Positions 12,110 to 24,004 of a stretch of DNA of 64,000 bases are shown piece by piece (the stretch's first letter is position 1; each line of letters opens with the position of its first letter). The translations under genes and the position numbers were made by a program. The stretch is from Centroscyllium fabricii. Lineage: Eukaryota. The notes under the pieces were generated by a model. It was not told the origin of the DNA. It worked only from the letters and a program-made list of their open reading frames with translations, and ran no database searches. The stretch spans positions 40,610,001 through 40,674,000 of the forward strand of contig JBNRSN020000006.1 of the NCBI GenBank assembly GCA_051313645.2. Reading direction: 5' to 3'.

Positions 12110-12163
12110 GCACCTGGTATTCCCCCATCCAAGTACTAACCAGGCCTGGCTCTGTTTAGCTTC
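12110..12163 (-). pseudogene. 5S rRNA-derived fragment with internal deletion
   Basis: Reverse complement reads GAAGCTAAACAGAGCCAGGCCTGGTTAGTACTTGGATGG..GGGAATACCAGGTGC, matching the internal control region and 3' half of vertebrate 5S rRNA with about 11 nt missing. Confidence 0.8.
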
Positions 12164-12814
12164 TACAAGCCTTGCCAGCGACCCTGTCCCTGGTCCCAGG
12201 AACTCTCACCCTCTAAACCTATCTAGGTTATCTTATAAAGAGTCAGAATTCTATGCTCACCAGCAAAACAGATGAAAACTCACTCCTTTGCCCTGTTTGC
12301 CTGCCGATGTCACGAGGTTGTACCGCTTCTTAGGTTCACCATCCAGGTAGAGATACCTCAGTAATTAAAAAGTCTCTGACAAGGTATTCTACCTCTCCGG
12401 ACGGGCTCTTCTGTGACGGTCCTTCTTCCCTGGTTGGTGGCTGGTACAAACCAATGCACAATGTAACTAAACCAGGTAGAAGAGCAGTTTTATTCCTTCC
12501 TGTATTAGACCACATTTAGGGAGTTGGGGTTAGTGTCCTTGACACCACTATAGGGACAGCCGCTGACATCTGTACATTCCTTCATGCCTCCAATGGAATA
12601 AGGCCATAATGAGGCAAATGAAAAGTGGCAAGTGGTCCTGCACCTAAACTTGCTACCCTTTGCTTGGAAGTTAAGTTAATGTTCTGATAAATGAGTCGTT
12701 CAGATTTGAATGCATCCCCACTTCCCCGCTCCCCACCCCTCCAAAATAATTGACCATCGATATCTGAAAGCTATTAAAGAAGAATGGTGCAATAGTAGGG
12801 CACAGGTTTCCCAA

Positions 12815-14240
12815 ATAAAAACAGAAAATGCTGGAAATACTCAGCAGGTCAGGCAGCCTGTGTGAAGAGAGAAACAGAGTTAATGGGGGGTATTTTCATG
12901 TCCCCGTGAGGCGGGGTTTTGGGCAGCCCGGCCGGAAAAATAGCGGAACCAGCGGGTCCCGTCCCCCCCCTCGCCCGCCCAGATTCCCCGCCCCGAAACC
13001 CTCGCGCCGCCGACCGGCGGGGATGGGTTGTTACCTCGTTAAGGGCCCTTAATTGGCATCTCTAATGCCATTTTAAGGGCCCTCAGCCATTTCGCCCTGT
13101 TTTCCGCCCTAACCCCGCCACCTTAAACCCCGCTGGGTGAAACCCAGCGGGAGCACAGCGCTGGTTATAACTTTTGGACTATAACCTGGTGTTGTGTGAC
13201 TTCTTAAATTTATTACTTTCTCCTTTAAGTTGTGAAGGACATGCTGCCAAATGCTTAGCATGCCTCCAGCATTTTACAGGAGTAAGTACCTCCGTTCTGG
13301 CTTCAGCATCAGCTGTGAACAGAAACTGAGCAATCTCAGTTCTCACCATGTCCTCACAGCCGCTGCAAGCTGTGAGGGATTCTGAGCCCGCCCGCCCACC
13401 TGTCAGTCACCAGCACTTGGCCTTCCCCATTGGCTCCACTCTACTGTGATGTCACAGTGGAGTGTTTCCATGGGAACTGACAACAACCAGTGCTGGAACT
13501 GTCAATCAGAGTGCTCGCAGCTCCGCTGCAGCCCGACTCGATTGACCTAATTACCTCCCGCTCCCGCCGACAGGGATTTAACAACCTCATTAAACTAAAA
13601 TTGCGTGGCCTTCCCAGCTGTTTGAGCGGGCGGGACCAGAAGCTGCCCAGACCAATCCCCACCAGGTTCCCGCCCTTCTGCCAAAGGCCCCCCAGTGTTT
13701 CAGGTCAATGGCCCTTCATCAGAACTGGAAAAAGTTGGAGATGCAACAGGTTTTGAAGCAAGTGCAGGGGCAGGGAAAGGGGGGAGGGGAGGAAAGGGCA
13801 AAAAGGAAAGTCTGTGATAGGCTGGAAGGCAGGAGAGATTAAGAGACAAAAGGAATGATGGTGCAAGGCAAAAGGAGATGGTAATGGGACAAGTTAAGAA
13901 ATAAAAGATGACTCTAGATGAAGTGTAAAGGAGAATTGCAGAATCATCAGCAGCTGCCATGTGAAAAAAATAGGGGCCGAGGTTATGGTCTGAAATTATT
14001 GAACTTGATGTTGAGTTCAGAAGGCTGTAAAGTACCTAATCGAAAGATGAGGTGCTGTTCCTCGAGCTTACGTTGAGCTCCGTTGCTGAGAATGGAGAGG
14101 TCAGAGTGGGAGTGGAGCGGAGAATTAAAGTGACAGGTGACCGGAAGCTCGGGGTCACGCTTACGGATTGAATGGAGGTGTTCTGCAAAGCGGTCACCCA
14201 ATCTGCGTTTGGTCTCCCCAATGTAGGGGTTACCCATATC
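12815..14240 (-). mobile_element. Penelope-like element 3' part (GIY-YIG endonuclease C-terminus plus hammerhead-bearing terminal repeat), split by a MITE
   Basis: YIGETKRRLGDRFAEH...HFN...LEEQHLIFRLGTLQPSELN at 13983-14237; minus-strand CTGATGA...GAAAC hammerhead core at 13696-13726. Confidence 0.9.
12885..13693. mobile_element. Harbinger-type MITE
   Basis: GGGGGG...CCCCCC ends, AAT/AGT flanks; removal restores GAGTTAATGTTTCAGG. Shares AAGGGCCCTTAATTGG...CATTTTAAGGGCCC core with the 18479, 23103, 25100 and 38744 elements. Confidence 0.8.
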
Positions 14241-14369
14241 ACCAGGTAAATTAAACTCTCCTTGGCCACTGTCTGTGGCTGAACCAGACTGTTTGCCACT
14301 CTGGAGTCCTAGTTGACTCTGAGAACCTGAGCTGAGCTTCTAACCACATATCCCCTCCCATCACCAAGA

Positions 14370-15015
14370 CTGACTATTTCCACCTCTGTAACATTACCCA
14401 ACGTTGCCCCTGTCTCAGTTCATTTGCTGCTGAAACCCTCATCCGCCTCTTCGTTACCTCCTAGACCTGACTATTCCAATGCTCTCCTGGCTGGCCTCCC
14501 ACCTTGCACCCTGCATAAACTGGCGCTCATCCAAAACTCTGCTGTCCATGTCCTAACTCACGCCAAATCCCGTTAATCAATCACCCCTGTATTCGCTGAC
14601 TTACATTGGCTCCTGGTCTGGCAACGCCGCGATTTTAAAATTCTCATCCTGGCTTTCAAATCCCTCCATGGCATCACCCCTCCCAATCTCTGTAACCACC
14701 TCCAGCCCTACAACCCTCCAAGATACCTGCGCTCCTCCAATTCTGGCCTCTTGCACATCCCCGATTTTAATCACCCCACCATTGGTGGCCGTGCCTTCAG
14801 CTGCCTGGGCCCTAAACTCTGGAATTCCCTCCCTAAACCTCTCCACTTCTCTACCTCTCTCTCATCCTTTAATACGTTCCTTAAAACCTACCTCTTTGAC
14901 CCTCACCTGTCCTAATATCTCCTTATGTGGCTCGGTGTCAAATTTGGTTTGATAATCGCTCCTGTGAAGCACCTTGGGACGTTTCACTATGTTAAAGGCG
15001 CTATATAAATGCAAG
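14370..15015 (+). mobile_element. L2-type LINE 3' fragment
   Basis: Decayed RLDYSNALL/ITPVLADLHWL/FKIL-type coding trace; 3' end AAAGGCGCTATATAAATGCAAG shared with Deu-SINE tails. Confidence 0.8.
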
Positions 15016-15996
15016 ATGATGTTGGTATACTTATGCGAAGCAGGCTAAAGGTTATAAAGATGGCAAACTTGGCATCCTCAATTTGAAGACCAGTTACCTT
15101 ATGGCATGTTTGATTTTAAAGTTTCTTATAAATAATATGTAGATTCTTTTAATTACAGAGAGGGGATTGTATTTTCCACATAACACTTAAGAATAAGGCC
15201 TTTGTAAGACCTGATCCTGGAGATATTCCTTAAATCCTTTTGAAATGCGTGCTGCATCTCAAGGAATCTTACAGAATGAAACAAGCTTTTGTTTAAAGTT
15301 ATATTGATTTCAACCTTTTTTATAATAGAGTTCAATCTTGCTGAACATTACCAAAATGTATAAAAATGCCACTATTTTTAAGAAACCTTGCAGCATTGAG
15401 AAATGTTCTGTTGTCGCACAGATTTTGTAATTATGATATTCAGAGGGCTGCAAAGACAGCATATACAAACACAACAGCAGGATTAAAAAATAATCATCTG
15501 TGGCACTGCTGGAAAGTTAATTAAAACTCAGGCTGCATTCGTACTGTTCACGCCCCAAAAGATTATATCAGAACTTTCCTTGGCAGCAGTTTTCTCTCAG
15601 TGGTTGTTCGCAAGACAACACTTTTGTTTGTGCCGACATTTGAGAATTTTTAGAAAAATGTTGACGGCAAACTGCCCCAAGTGCAATTCTCTAGCCGCCG
15701 TCCGCATTATTATTTGAATGAATATCTGTTTCTTGTTTGTCCTTTTATTTGGATTGAGTAGACGAAATCTCCAAATAGTTACCTCAGAGAATGAAGCATT
15801 TTCAACAGTAAACCTTCAAAGCTAAGAATCTTTTAAGATATCCAAAACAATTTAACACTTGCCTTTTAAATGAACATAAAAAAAGGGAGAGATGGGATGT
15901 CTCCTGTCCGATTGCAGTCCCCTTGACATTGCTACAGCACATCATGCCACCTTTGCTGCTACAGTGTGCAGAACTCCCATTATGAAATTCAGTAAT

Positions 15997-16859
15997 GGGC
16001 CAGAAATTCGGGTGCCTGGGACGAGCTGCACCCGCACGGAGGGGGGCCAATATGCCCCGTGCGATCATCGCACGAGGCATGCTCATGGATCGGAGCTTTC
16101 CGATGCTGAGGGAGAAGAGGCCTCAGCATGAAATGCACAAAAGAATTGCACCCAAAAATCCCGATATTTTTTGGGTGTGATTCTGTGCGTGAATCTGTGG
16201 GCAACTGGGCCTGGGGCTGCACGAGAAAATAGGAGTCGTAACCTGTGCGTTGGTGAGAGCAGTGCATTCCTAAACACAGGTAATTGACTTTTTTACCTTT
16301 AATCTTAAGTTTTTTACGTTTTTTGGAGTAATGTGGCCAGATCGCTATCATTAAATTTTGCTGTTAAAGTTTTTTTTTTAATTTTAAAAATCCAAATTTC
16401 AACTGCTATACCTATTCCAAATCGCTTATTTTTAAATTTAAAGTTCAGAAATTTTTAACTCTTTCCTTAATTTAAAAAACTAAGAGAAAAAATCGCTAAG
16501 ACTTACCGACATTGAAAAGCTGCTCTGGCCGCGGTGCTCACTGCCGAGTTTGTGGGTGCAGCAGTGGGCGTGGTCCTAATAACGGCCTCACGTCCCTGCT
16601 CTCTCAGAAGTCCGACTGTGAAGCAGAGGGCGTTTTTTATTTAAATTAGGGATCTGTGGGCGGGGCATCACTGCTACACATGCACGACGGCAGCGCATAT
16701 ACTGCGCTCCTAGCGTGGCTGGACTGCCACGCAGCGCAGGAACGGGGCAGAGCCAAGAGGAAGGTCTGGACGTAAAAAATGTGAGATGATGTTGCGGTGC
16801 TATAGGTGTCCGCAGGGTCCTTGCACCCGCACAAACCGGCACACTGGAATTTCTGGCCC
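15997..16859. mobile_element. MITE with GGGCCAGAAATTC terminal inverted repeats
   Basis: Perfect 13-bp TIR; colinear with 48136-49541. Confidence 0.88.
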
Positions 16860-17119
16860 ATTATCTGTATGGTACTACTTTTGCCCATAAGACTGCAAAA
16901 TTTTTGTATTTGTAGTGTAACATTGCTAATTGCCCAGTTAATAGACTATCTCATGGTAACATGGCTCAGTGGGCAGCACTCTGTAGGTGGGAGGGGCTAG
17001 GAGTGAGCAGGTGCTACTGGGTGCTTGATTGCTGCAGGGAGTCAGAGTGAGTTTGTAAAAAGTTGCTGGTGTTTGTTTTTCAGGTTTTAGGGCCCTTTTG
17101 GTCCTTAAACAGCAGCCAG

Positions 17120-18478
17120 ATGGCTGTTGAGGTGCCCAGATTGCCGGGTACCTCAGAGGACCATGTTCCCAAGATGAATGTAATCAGGGGATAAAACGTT
17201 GGGGGAAGGAAGAAAAAAAGGCCCAAAGATTTGGGCCGGGACCCCAGGAGGTTGGGAAAAGAAAACACGGTGGTGGTTCAGTGCGAGGATAAGGAGGTAC
17301 AAGCTTGGGATATTATCCAAGCGGAACATGAGGACTGCGGTGAGCAAAGCTGCTTTGCCTATCGACCAAAGCTGAATGTTTGGTTCGAGGTGACGGTCAT
17401 TGGCCGAGAGAGGGTGGAAAGACTTTTACTGAACTTGAAGGTTGGAAGTAAGTCCTTGGAAGTAACGCTGCTATATTCTGAAGAGGTGGTGGTCTCATTC
17501 TTAAACCTGCCGCTTTATATTGAGGACGATGTGCTAAATAAAAAAGTTGGAGTTGTGGGACATTAAAGTTTGCTCGGCAATAAAGAGGAGATACTATCCA
17601 GGAACATGGGTAGTAGATGGAACCCATTATGTAAAGGTGCGGTTCCCAGAGGGGGTGAAATCATCGCTCTATAGCATGAAATTTGAGACAATGGAAAGAG
17701 TGCAGTACTTCTGGGTACTGCATGATAACCAGGTGAAGGTTTGTTATTATTGTCTTGGACATGACCATCTTGTAAGAAGCTGTCCTGTCTTGTACTGTTA
17801 TAACTGCAGTGAGTCTGGACACATCGCGCGGAGCTGCAAGGCGGAGAGCTGCGGGGTGTGTCACAAAGGCCCCACCCGCTGTGAGTGTGCGGCAGGAGAA
17901 AGCCCCTTGAGTGACGAGGAGATGGGAGAAGGAGCAGGAGCAGGAGGCGTGAGTGGAGCAGCTGGAGGAGCGGAGCAGGCGGAGGACGCAGCTGATGAAT
18001 GGAAGGAGAAAAGAGCACAGGAAGAGGCAGAGAAGAGAACAGGATGGAAATGGTGGAAAACACACCAAGTATGGTGGAAAAGGACAAAGACAGCAGCGGG
18101 CAGCATGGGGCGAGGGCAAAGTCAAGCCATAATGTGGCTCGGCTCTTCCTAAAGAATCTGGTGTCCGCGGGGGGAGAGGAGGCGGGAGTGGGGTGCGGGG
18201 TAAGTGTAAGTACTCCAAAGAAAGACAGGGAGTCAGACATCTCGGGGAGCAAGAGGGGACAAGACAAGGAGAGGGTGCAAGAGGCGGGAGCCTTAAAGGG
18301 GCAGCAGGGTGCGAGCGGGGAGGCAAAGATGACAGAAGAGAGCAAGATATGTGCAGATGCACCATTGTCCCAGAGAGAGATATAACGGGGAGCAAGGGTC
18401 AGTGGTGGAGATGAGGCCAAAGGGACAGGCACTATTGGAGAAACCGTGACAGTAGGAAGACTATCTAAGGGAGATTTA
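17120..18478 (+). pseudogene. Tx1-clade ORF1 (gag-like CCHC zinc-knuckle protein), frameshifted
   Basis: VVVSFLNLPLYIEDD...IKRRYYPGT..DGTHYVKVRFP...HDNQVKVCYYCLGHDHLVRSC..CYNCSESGHIARSC, then an acidic low-complexity tail. Confidence 0.85.
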
Positions 18479-19769
18479 GGGGTCAATTTTCCTGGAGCCG
18501 ACAGACAGCTTCTTTGGCGGCCGGGGAGGCAAAATCGCGGAAACGGGGGATCGCGACCCCTCCTGCCGGTTTCCCAGCAGCTTGTGAGTTTCAGCCTGGC
18601 AGGTCCAATCGAACCACTTCAGTCCTGCCTGCCACCGGCGGGGATGGTCGTTCAGCTCATTAGAGACCCTTAATTGGTATGTATAATGCCATTTTAAGGG
18701 CCCCTTACAATTTTCAGCTTTTTCCCACACAAAACCCACCAGCTGGAAACCCCGCTGATGAAACCTGGTGGGGACACTAGTGAATTCCTGACTATCATTC
18801 AAGCAGCTGCAGCAGAAGCCATCCCTGGGCTCCAGCCTGCATCGGGACTAACTGTATCCCTAGGGTGCACAAGATCAGTGGGATAAAAGCTGTCACAAAC
18901 TCACCTTGTGGCTGCTTTGACTGATAGCACGTAAGTTCTCAATGAAATGGCTCTGCTGGAGCAGGCAGCCAGTGAATGACATGGTGGCGCAGTGGTTAGC
19001 ACTTCTGCCTCACAATAAGGAGCTCCTGGGTTCGAATCCTGCTTGGCCCAGGACCTCTCTGTGTGGAGTTTGCATGTTCTCCCTGTGTTTGTGTGGGTTT
19101 CCTCCGGGTACTCCAGTTTCCTCCCACCACCCAAAGACATGCAGGTTAGGTGAATTGGAGATACTAAAAAAAGAATTGCCCATGAGTATGTGTGTGAGAT
19201 ATAGTTCTTAGAGTTGGGGGTGTCGGGGGATATGGGGAGAGGGTAGGAGAGGGGTGCTGGGTTTGGATGATCAGCCATGATCTCATCAAAATGGTGGAGC
19301 AGGATCGACGGGCCGAATGGCCTACTCCTGCTCCTATCTTCTGTGTTTCTGTATTTCTGTGAAACAGACAGCAGCTGTCACTCAATCTCTATGGTTTACA
19401 AGCAGCCATTGTGATGTCATACACCTTTTTGACAATCCATTGAAACAGGCAGCAGCTGTCACTCAATCTCTGTGGTTTACAAGTAGCCATTGTGATGTCA
19501 TATACCTCTTTGACAATCCATTGAAACAGACAGCAGCTGTCACTCAATCTCTGTGGTTTAGTAGGCTAACGGCTCTGCTCCTTAAACAGCCAAAACCCGC
19601 CGGCTTTCTGTCTGGAAACAGTCCTGAGGCAAGGCTTCCCACATGTGGGGATTTAATTGGCCAATTAAGCCAAAATTGCATGGAGCTTCCAGACCCTTTA
19701 GAAAGCGGGAAGAAAACGTGACCCACGGGAAACCCATCAATTCCCCACACCTTGAGGAAAGTTGACCCC
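18479..19769. mobile_element. Harbinger-type MITE with an internal ~81-bp tandem repeat and a nested SINE
   Basis: GGGGTCAATTTTCC / GGAAAGTTGACCCC TIR; paralog at 1-523. Confidence 0.85.
18977..19358 (+). mobile_element. V-SINE (HE1-like: tRNA head, V domain, CR1 tail)
   Basis: A box GGTGGCGCAGTGGTTAGC, B box GGTTCGAATCC, V domain TGTGTGGAGTTTGCATGTTCTCCC, CR1-type tail; GTGAA flanking repeat; empty site near 200 in the paralogous MITE. Confidence 0.9.
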
Positions 19770-20171
19770 TATGTATCTGACAGAGAGCAGGGACATGACA
19801 TTACAAAAGAACTCAGGGAGTGAGGAGTCAGAGAGGGACAGAGACATGGTAGTGGGGGTAGAGCAGCATCGTGTGGAAAGGGAACGGTTAGTGAGGGGCA
19901 GGAGGTGGGAGAAGGGAAGGGCCGGAGATTAAATGATGGGGGGATTATCAGGCACACTTTCCTTATATGGAGCCATGATTACTGATCAATTTTTAAAGTA
20001 TGATAGATTAGTATATGTTATGGGAGACAAATTAAACTCCAGGTTTTGATGTTAATATGTAGTGGAGGAATGGCTGTGCAGAGTGACGGAATGGATTTGT
20101 ATGATACAATGGATGACCACGATGTTGCAAATGTTTTTAATGTTTAATAAAAAAAAATTTTTAAAGCTGTT

Positions 20172-20600
20172 AGCACTCAGGCCTCTGAGTCAATAGGTTG
20201 TGGGTTCAAGCTCCATTCCAGAGACTTGAGTACAAAAATCTAGGCTGGCATTCCAGTGCAGTACTGAGGGAGTGCTGCACTGTCGGAGGCGCTATCTTTC
20301 AGATGTGAACTTAAACCAAGGCCCTGTCTGCTCCCTCAGGTGGACGTAAAAGATCTCATGACACTATTTTGAAGAACAGCAGAGGAGTTCTCCCCGGTGA
20401 CCTGGCCAATATTTATCCTTCAACCAACATCAGTTAAAAATCTGGTCATTATCACATTGCTGTTTATGGGACCTTGTTGTGCCCAATTTGGCTGGCACAT
20501 TCCCTACATTAGAGCAGTGACTACACTCCAAAAATGTACTTCATTGGCTGTAAAGCATTTTGGGATGTCCTGAAAGGTGCTATATAAATGCAAGTTTGTT
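20172..20600 (+). mobile_element. Deu-domain SINE (head begins at ~16958)
   Basis: tRNA-like B box GGTTCAAG, Deu core GGGACCTTGTTGTGCCCAATTTGGCTG, L2-type tail. Confidence 0.8.
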
Positions 20601-21344
20601 ATTTCTTTCTTTAACAGCATGTTTGCCTAATCCTGTGTGCCAACATACAGGACCACGTTTTCTTTTTTACAGCAATATCTGAATGCTGCATTTGCACAAA
20701 TGGCCTCCTGACTGTTTTCTAAGATTCAGATGTGACATTTCATTATCGTGATCATATTACTGTACAGCTACAAATGTACTTTTAATTTAGCTTATAGCAG
20801 ATATATTTCACACTTGAGGTAGAACAAAATCATACAGGCACACAGCAGACGCATACTTAATAGAAGGAAACATTACAAGTTTACTAAAGATTTATATGTG
20901 AGCTTTTTTTTTCATTTTTTCCATCAGGGCTGTTAAACCAACCAGTAAGTTGTGTTTTTCCTCAGTACATTTATCTGAAGAATACTTACAGTAAAATGGT
21001 TCTATAATTACTGATCAGTGGTCCTACACCAACCAGTCATTCTTTTATACATAAAGAACGTACTATAAATGGATTCATATCTGCACTGAATGCTTAAAAT
21101 ATATTTTTACAATGACCCATCAATCTTACAAAAAAATCTTGTTTTCCATATTTGTTTTTCTAGATTGTTCTTGTCTTTCTTTTCTCCTCTTCCCCTCCTG
21201 CCAGGCTGCTCCTTAAAATATGAAAAAATCTCGAACATTTCTCACAACATTAATATCATTGTCACTCCCTGGGGTGATTAGATGGAAGAATCTGACACCA
21301 GGAGTCCATTCAGAGTCTCGTGCCCAAGTTTCAAGAGTTCAACA

Positions 21345-21790
21345 ACAACAACTTGCATTTAAGTAGCACCCTTAACACAGTAAAACATCCCAAGGTGCTT
21401 CACAGGAACGGTTATCAAGCAAAATTTGACACGGAGCCCCATGAAGAGATATTAGGACAGGTTATCCAGGCCTTGGTCAAAGAGGTAGATTTGAAGGGGT
21501 GTTGTAAAGGAAAAGAGAGAGGTAAAGAGGTGGAGAGGTTTAGGGAGGGAATTCCAGATCTTAGGACCTCGGCGGCTGAAGGCACGGCCGCCAATGGAGG
21601 AGCGAACAAAATCTGGGATGCTCAAGAGGACAGAATTGGAAGAGCGCATAGATCTGGAAGGGTTGTTGGGCTGAAGGAGGTTACAGAGTTAGGGAGGAGT
21701 GAGGTCAGGGAGGGATTTGAAGACGAGGATGAGAATTTTTTAAATCAAGGCATTGCCGGACCGGGAACCAATGTAGGCCAGCGACATTGG
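21345..21790 (-). mobile_element. L2-type LINE 3' fragment
   Basis: Reverse-complement paralog of 14600-15015; GGRAFS...PKIWNSLP motif. Confidence 0.8.
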
Positions 21791-22248
21791 ATTTGGGGGA
21801 TTAAAGGGGAAGAAAAGTAAGTGCAATAACTATATTGACAGGCTACACAGTTTGGTCAGACTTGTTTACTGTATAACTGGAATGCAAACAATTTATTGGC
21901 GTGTTTAAATTATGACTTGTCCAAGCAGTATTCCATAGTTTTATTGACAGGAGATATACTGGCTGATGTAATAATGGAGTCTGATACATCAATAACTTAA
22001 ATGAAAGCCTTAATCCACTACATTATCACTATGTACAAAGACGGGTTTTACCATGCTTCCAGGTGAAGCGTTCACCCCATACTGAGCAGTTCCAGTATTT
22101 ATACTAACAAAACAGGAAGTGACATGTACAGAGTTCACCCCATAGCCTTCCCCCGGAAGTCTGTTCAATATTACCACACTGGCTATGGATAATAAGAATG
22201 AATTTACACATTTTCTTGAAATAGGAGAAGTAACAATTTAAATGAGAA

Positions 22249-22770
22249 CTGTTATGTATGATGTGTATGTATGTGTTATCCTCCCACCTGCGGTGGCGCT
22301 GCTGCAGCACTGCGCAGCCATGAGGTTCTTTTACTTTTTAGTTTCAGTTTCTCTTTTAACTGTTGATTAAACTAGACAGATTTTGACATCTCAGTAGTTT
22401 GAATTCTCTTTGTGTTTAAGTAGAAAGTCTTTGATACAATAAGTGGTGACGAGGATGGGATGGTTTGGATGAAGGAAATGGCCAGAAGCTACTTCTGGTG
22501 GCCAGGCCTCGATGGAAACATTGAGGAGAAAGCAAAAACATATTCCTCCCCCCTTAAATAAAATGTCCCATTATTACTTATTGTATGTAAGTCTTTCTAC
22601 TTAAACACAAAGAGAATTCAAACTACCGAGCTGTAAAAAGCTGTCCAGTTTAATCAACAGTTAAAAGAAAAACAGAAACTAAAAAGTAAAAGAACCTCAT
22701 GGCTGTGCAGTGCTGTAGCAGCGCCACCACAGGTGGGAGGATAACACATACATACACATCATACATAACA
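22249..22770. mobile_element. Foldback element of two inverted Gypsy-type LTRs with PBS, integrase scrap and PPT
   Basis: ~195-bp inverted arms starting TGTTATGTATG; AGAAC TSD on both sides; TGGTGACGAGGATGGGAT PBS; MKEMARSYFWWPGLDGNIEEKAK integrase zinc-binding-domain motif. Confidence 0.85.
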
Positions 22771-23102
22771 AGAACATATTACTATTATTCCACAACATCC
22801 CTCGTACTACAAGGTAAAGTTATGTCCCAAAGATTGGGTGTTAATGAGGGTTGTATTGAAGGGAATATTGCATGGGATTTTTTGCAGAAACGGGTGCAGT
22901 TTTACATTGGCTGCAGTGTGTGTAAGAGTGGGGATGGGTTATTACTATGTGCAACTAATGAATCTATTTGTATGCCTTGTGAGCATAATTTGGCAGATAG
23001 TGTAACTTGGCTGTGGTAAGCCCCATTGAGTCAGTGGACTATACATCATAGTTTGTAACACAAAATGTACCCAGTGTTCTAGCCAATGAGTGGAAAAACT
23101 GA

Positions 23103-23554
23103 GGCGTCAATTTTCCCATAGGTGCGGGGAATTGGCGGGTTTCGGGCAGGTCAGGTTTCAGACCCGAATGTTAAAGGGCCTGGGAGCCCCACGCAATTTT
23201 GGCTCAATTGGTCAATTAATTCCCCGCGTGTGGGAACCCCTGCCAATTGACTGATTTAAGACAGAAAACCGTCGGGGTTTCAGGCTGGTGGGTTAAGGGC
23301 GGGAAACGCTTCAAAATCACAGGGGGGGGCCCTTAAAATGGCATTATACGTGCCAACTAAGGGTACTTAATGTGCCTTATGACCATCCCCGCCGGCCACC
23401 AGCAGGAAAGATTCGGGGCGGCTAGACACGGCGGCGGGAAATCACAAAGCGGCGGGGATCCGGCGGGGGGGCCAGGACCCCCCCCCCCGGTTTTGGTATT
23501 TTGCGGCCATCCCTGCCGAAAAGCCCGCCTGATGGCTCACTAAAAATTGACGCC
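23103..23554. mobile_element. Harbinger-type MITE
   Basis: GGCGTCAATTTT / AAAATTGACGCC TIR with a perfect TGA TSD. Confidence 0.88.
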
Positions 23555-24004
23555 TGAGAGTTTAAAAAGTGTAAAAGTGTATATTATAATATATATTTTT
23601 TTTTATTATTTCTCATTTTCTCTCTCAGGGTTGTCCTGCATCATGTACCATTTGACCAGCAAGCTGCCAGTTTCCAGGACATTTCTCACCACTCTGTGAT
23701 GACTCACTAGAAGGTACACAAGAGCAGCTTGGGTCGACTGTCTATAGGATTTTCTGTCCTTTCTTGCGAATAGCTGTTTAGCCTCCACTTGGGGCTTCCC
23801 CACCCACAAACCAATGACCCTACCGAGATGGTGAACTGACAGTGTGTGGAGCGTGGGGAGCGAATTTGTGACACTGTGACGGGTACACGGGCGCATTGTG
23901 CAACCGCATTGCTTTCCGTTTCTTTTGAGTTGCGGGCCAACCCAGTCCCAAAACAATTAAAACTGGGTGCATTTGAACCTTTACAAATTAACTCTGGTAT
24001 TGTT

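Larger units (their letters stand above)
16982..20165 (+). mobile_element. Tx1/L1-like retroposon with ORF1 only, poly(A)-tailed, interrupted by a MITE
   Basis: ORF1 remnants, AATAAA plus A-run at 20146-20157, AGCACTC repeated at 16975-16981 and 20172-20178; splits a SINE tRNA head. Confidence 0.75.

Noticed and set aside
12110-12163. Functional 5S rRNA gene
   Set aside because: Only ~54 nt, internally deleted, lacking the 5' half and terminator.
11615-12575. Solo LTR
   Set aside because: Composition and a TGTAG start are suggestive, but no matching CA end with a TSD could be fixed, so it is not listed as a feature.
17231-18486. Host ZCCHC3-like gene, or the 307-aa and 244-aa minus-strand ORFs
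   Set aside because: The plus-strand ORF is frameshifted and bounded by poly(A) and a TSD. The minus-strand ORFs are shadows of purine-rich low-complexity sequence.
18977-19050. tRNA genes at SINE heads (also 40140, 42125, 59655)
   Set aside because: A/B boxes continue into SINE bodies and LINE tails; there is no complete cloverleaf or terminator.
23629-23713. Exon after a strong polypyrimidine/AG acceptor
   Set aside because: All three frames hit a stop before the next GT donor and the peptide is unrecognised; it could only be terminal or non-coding.
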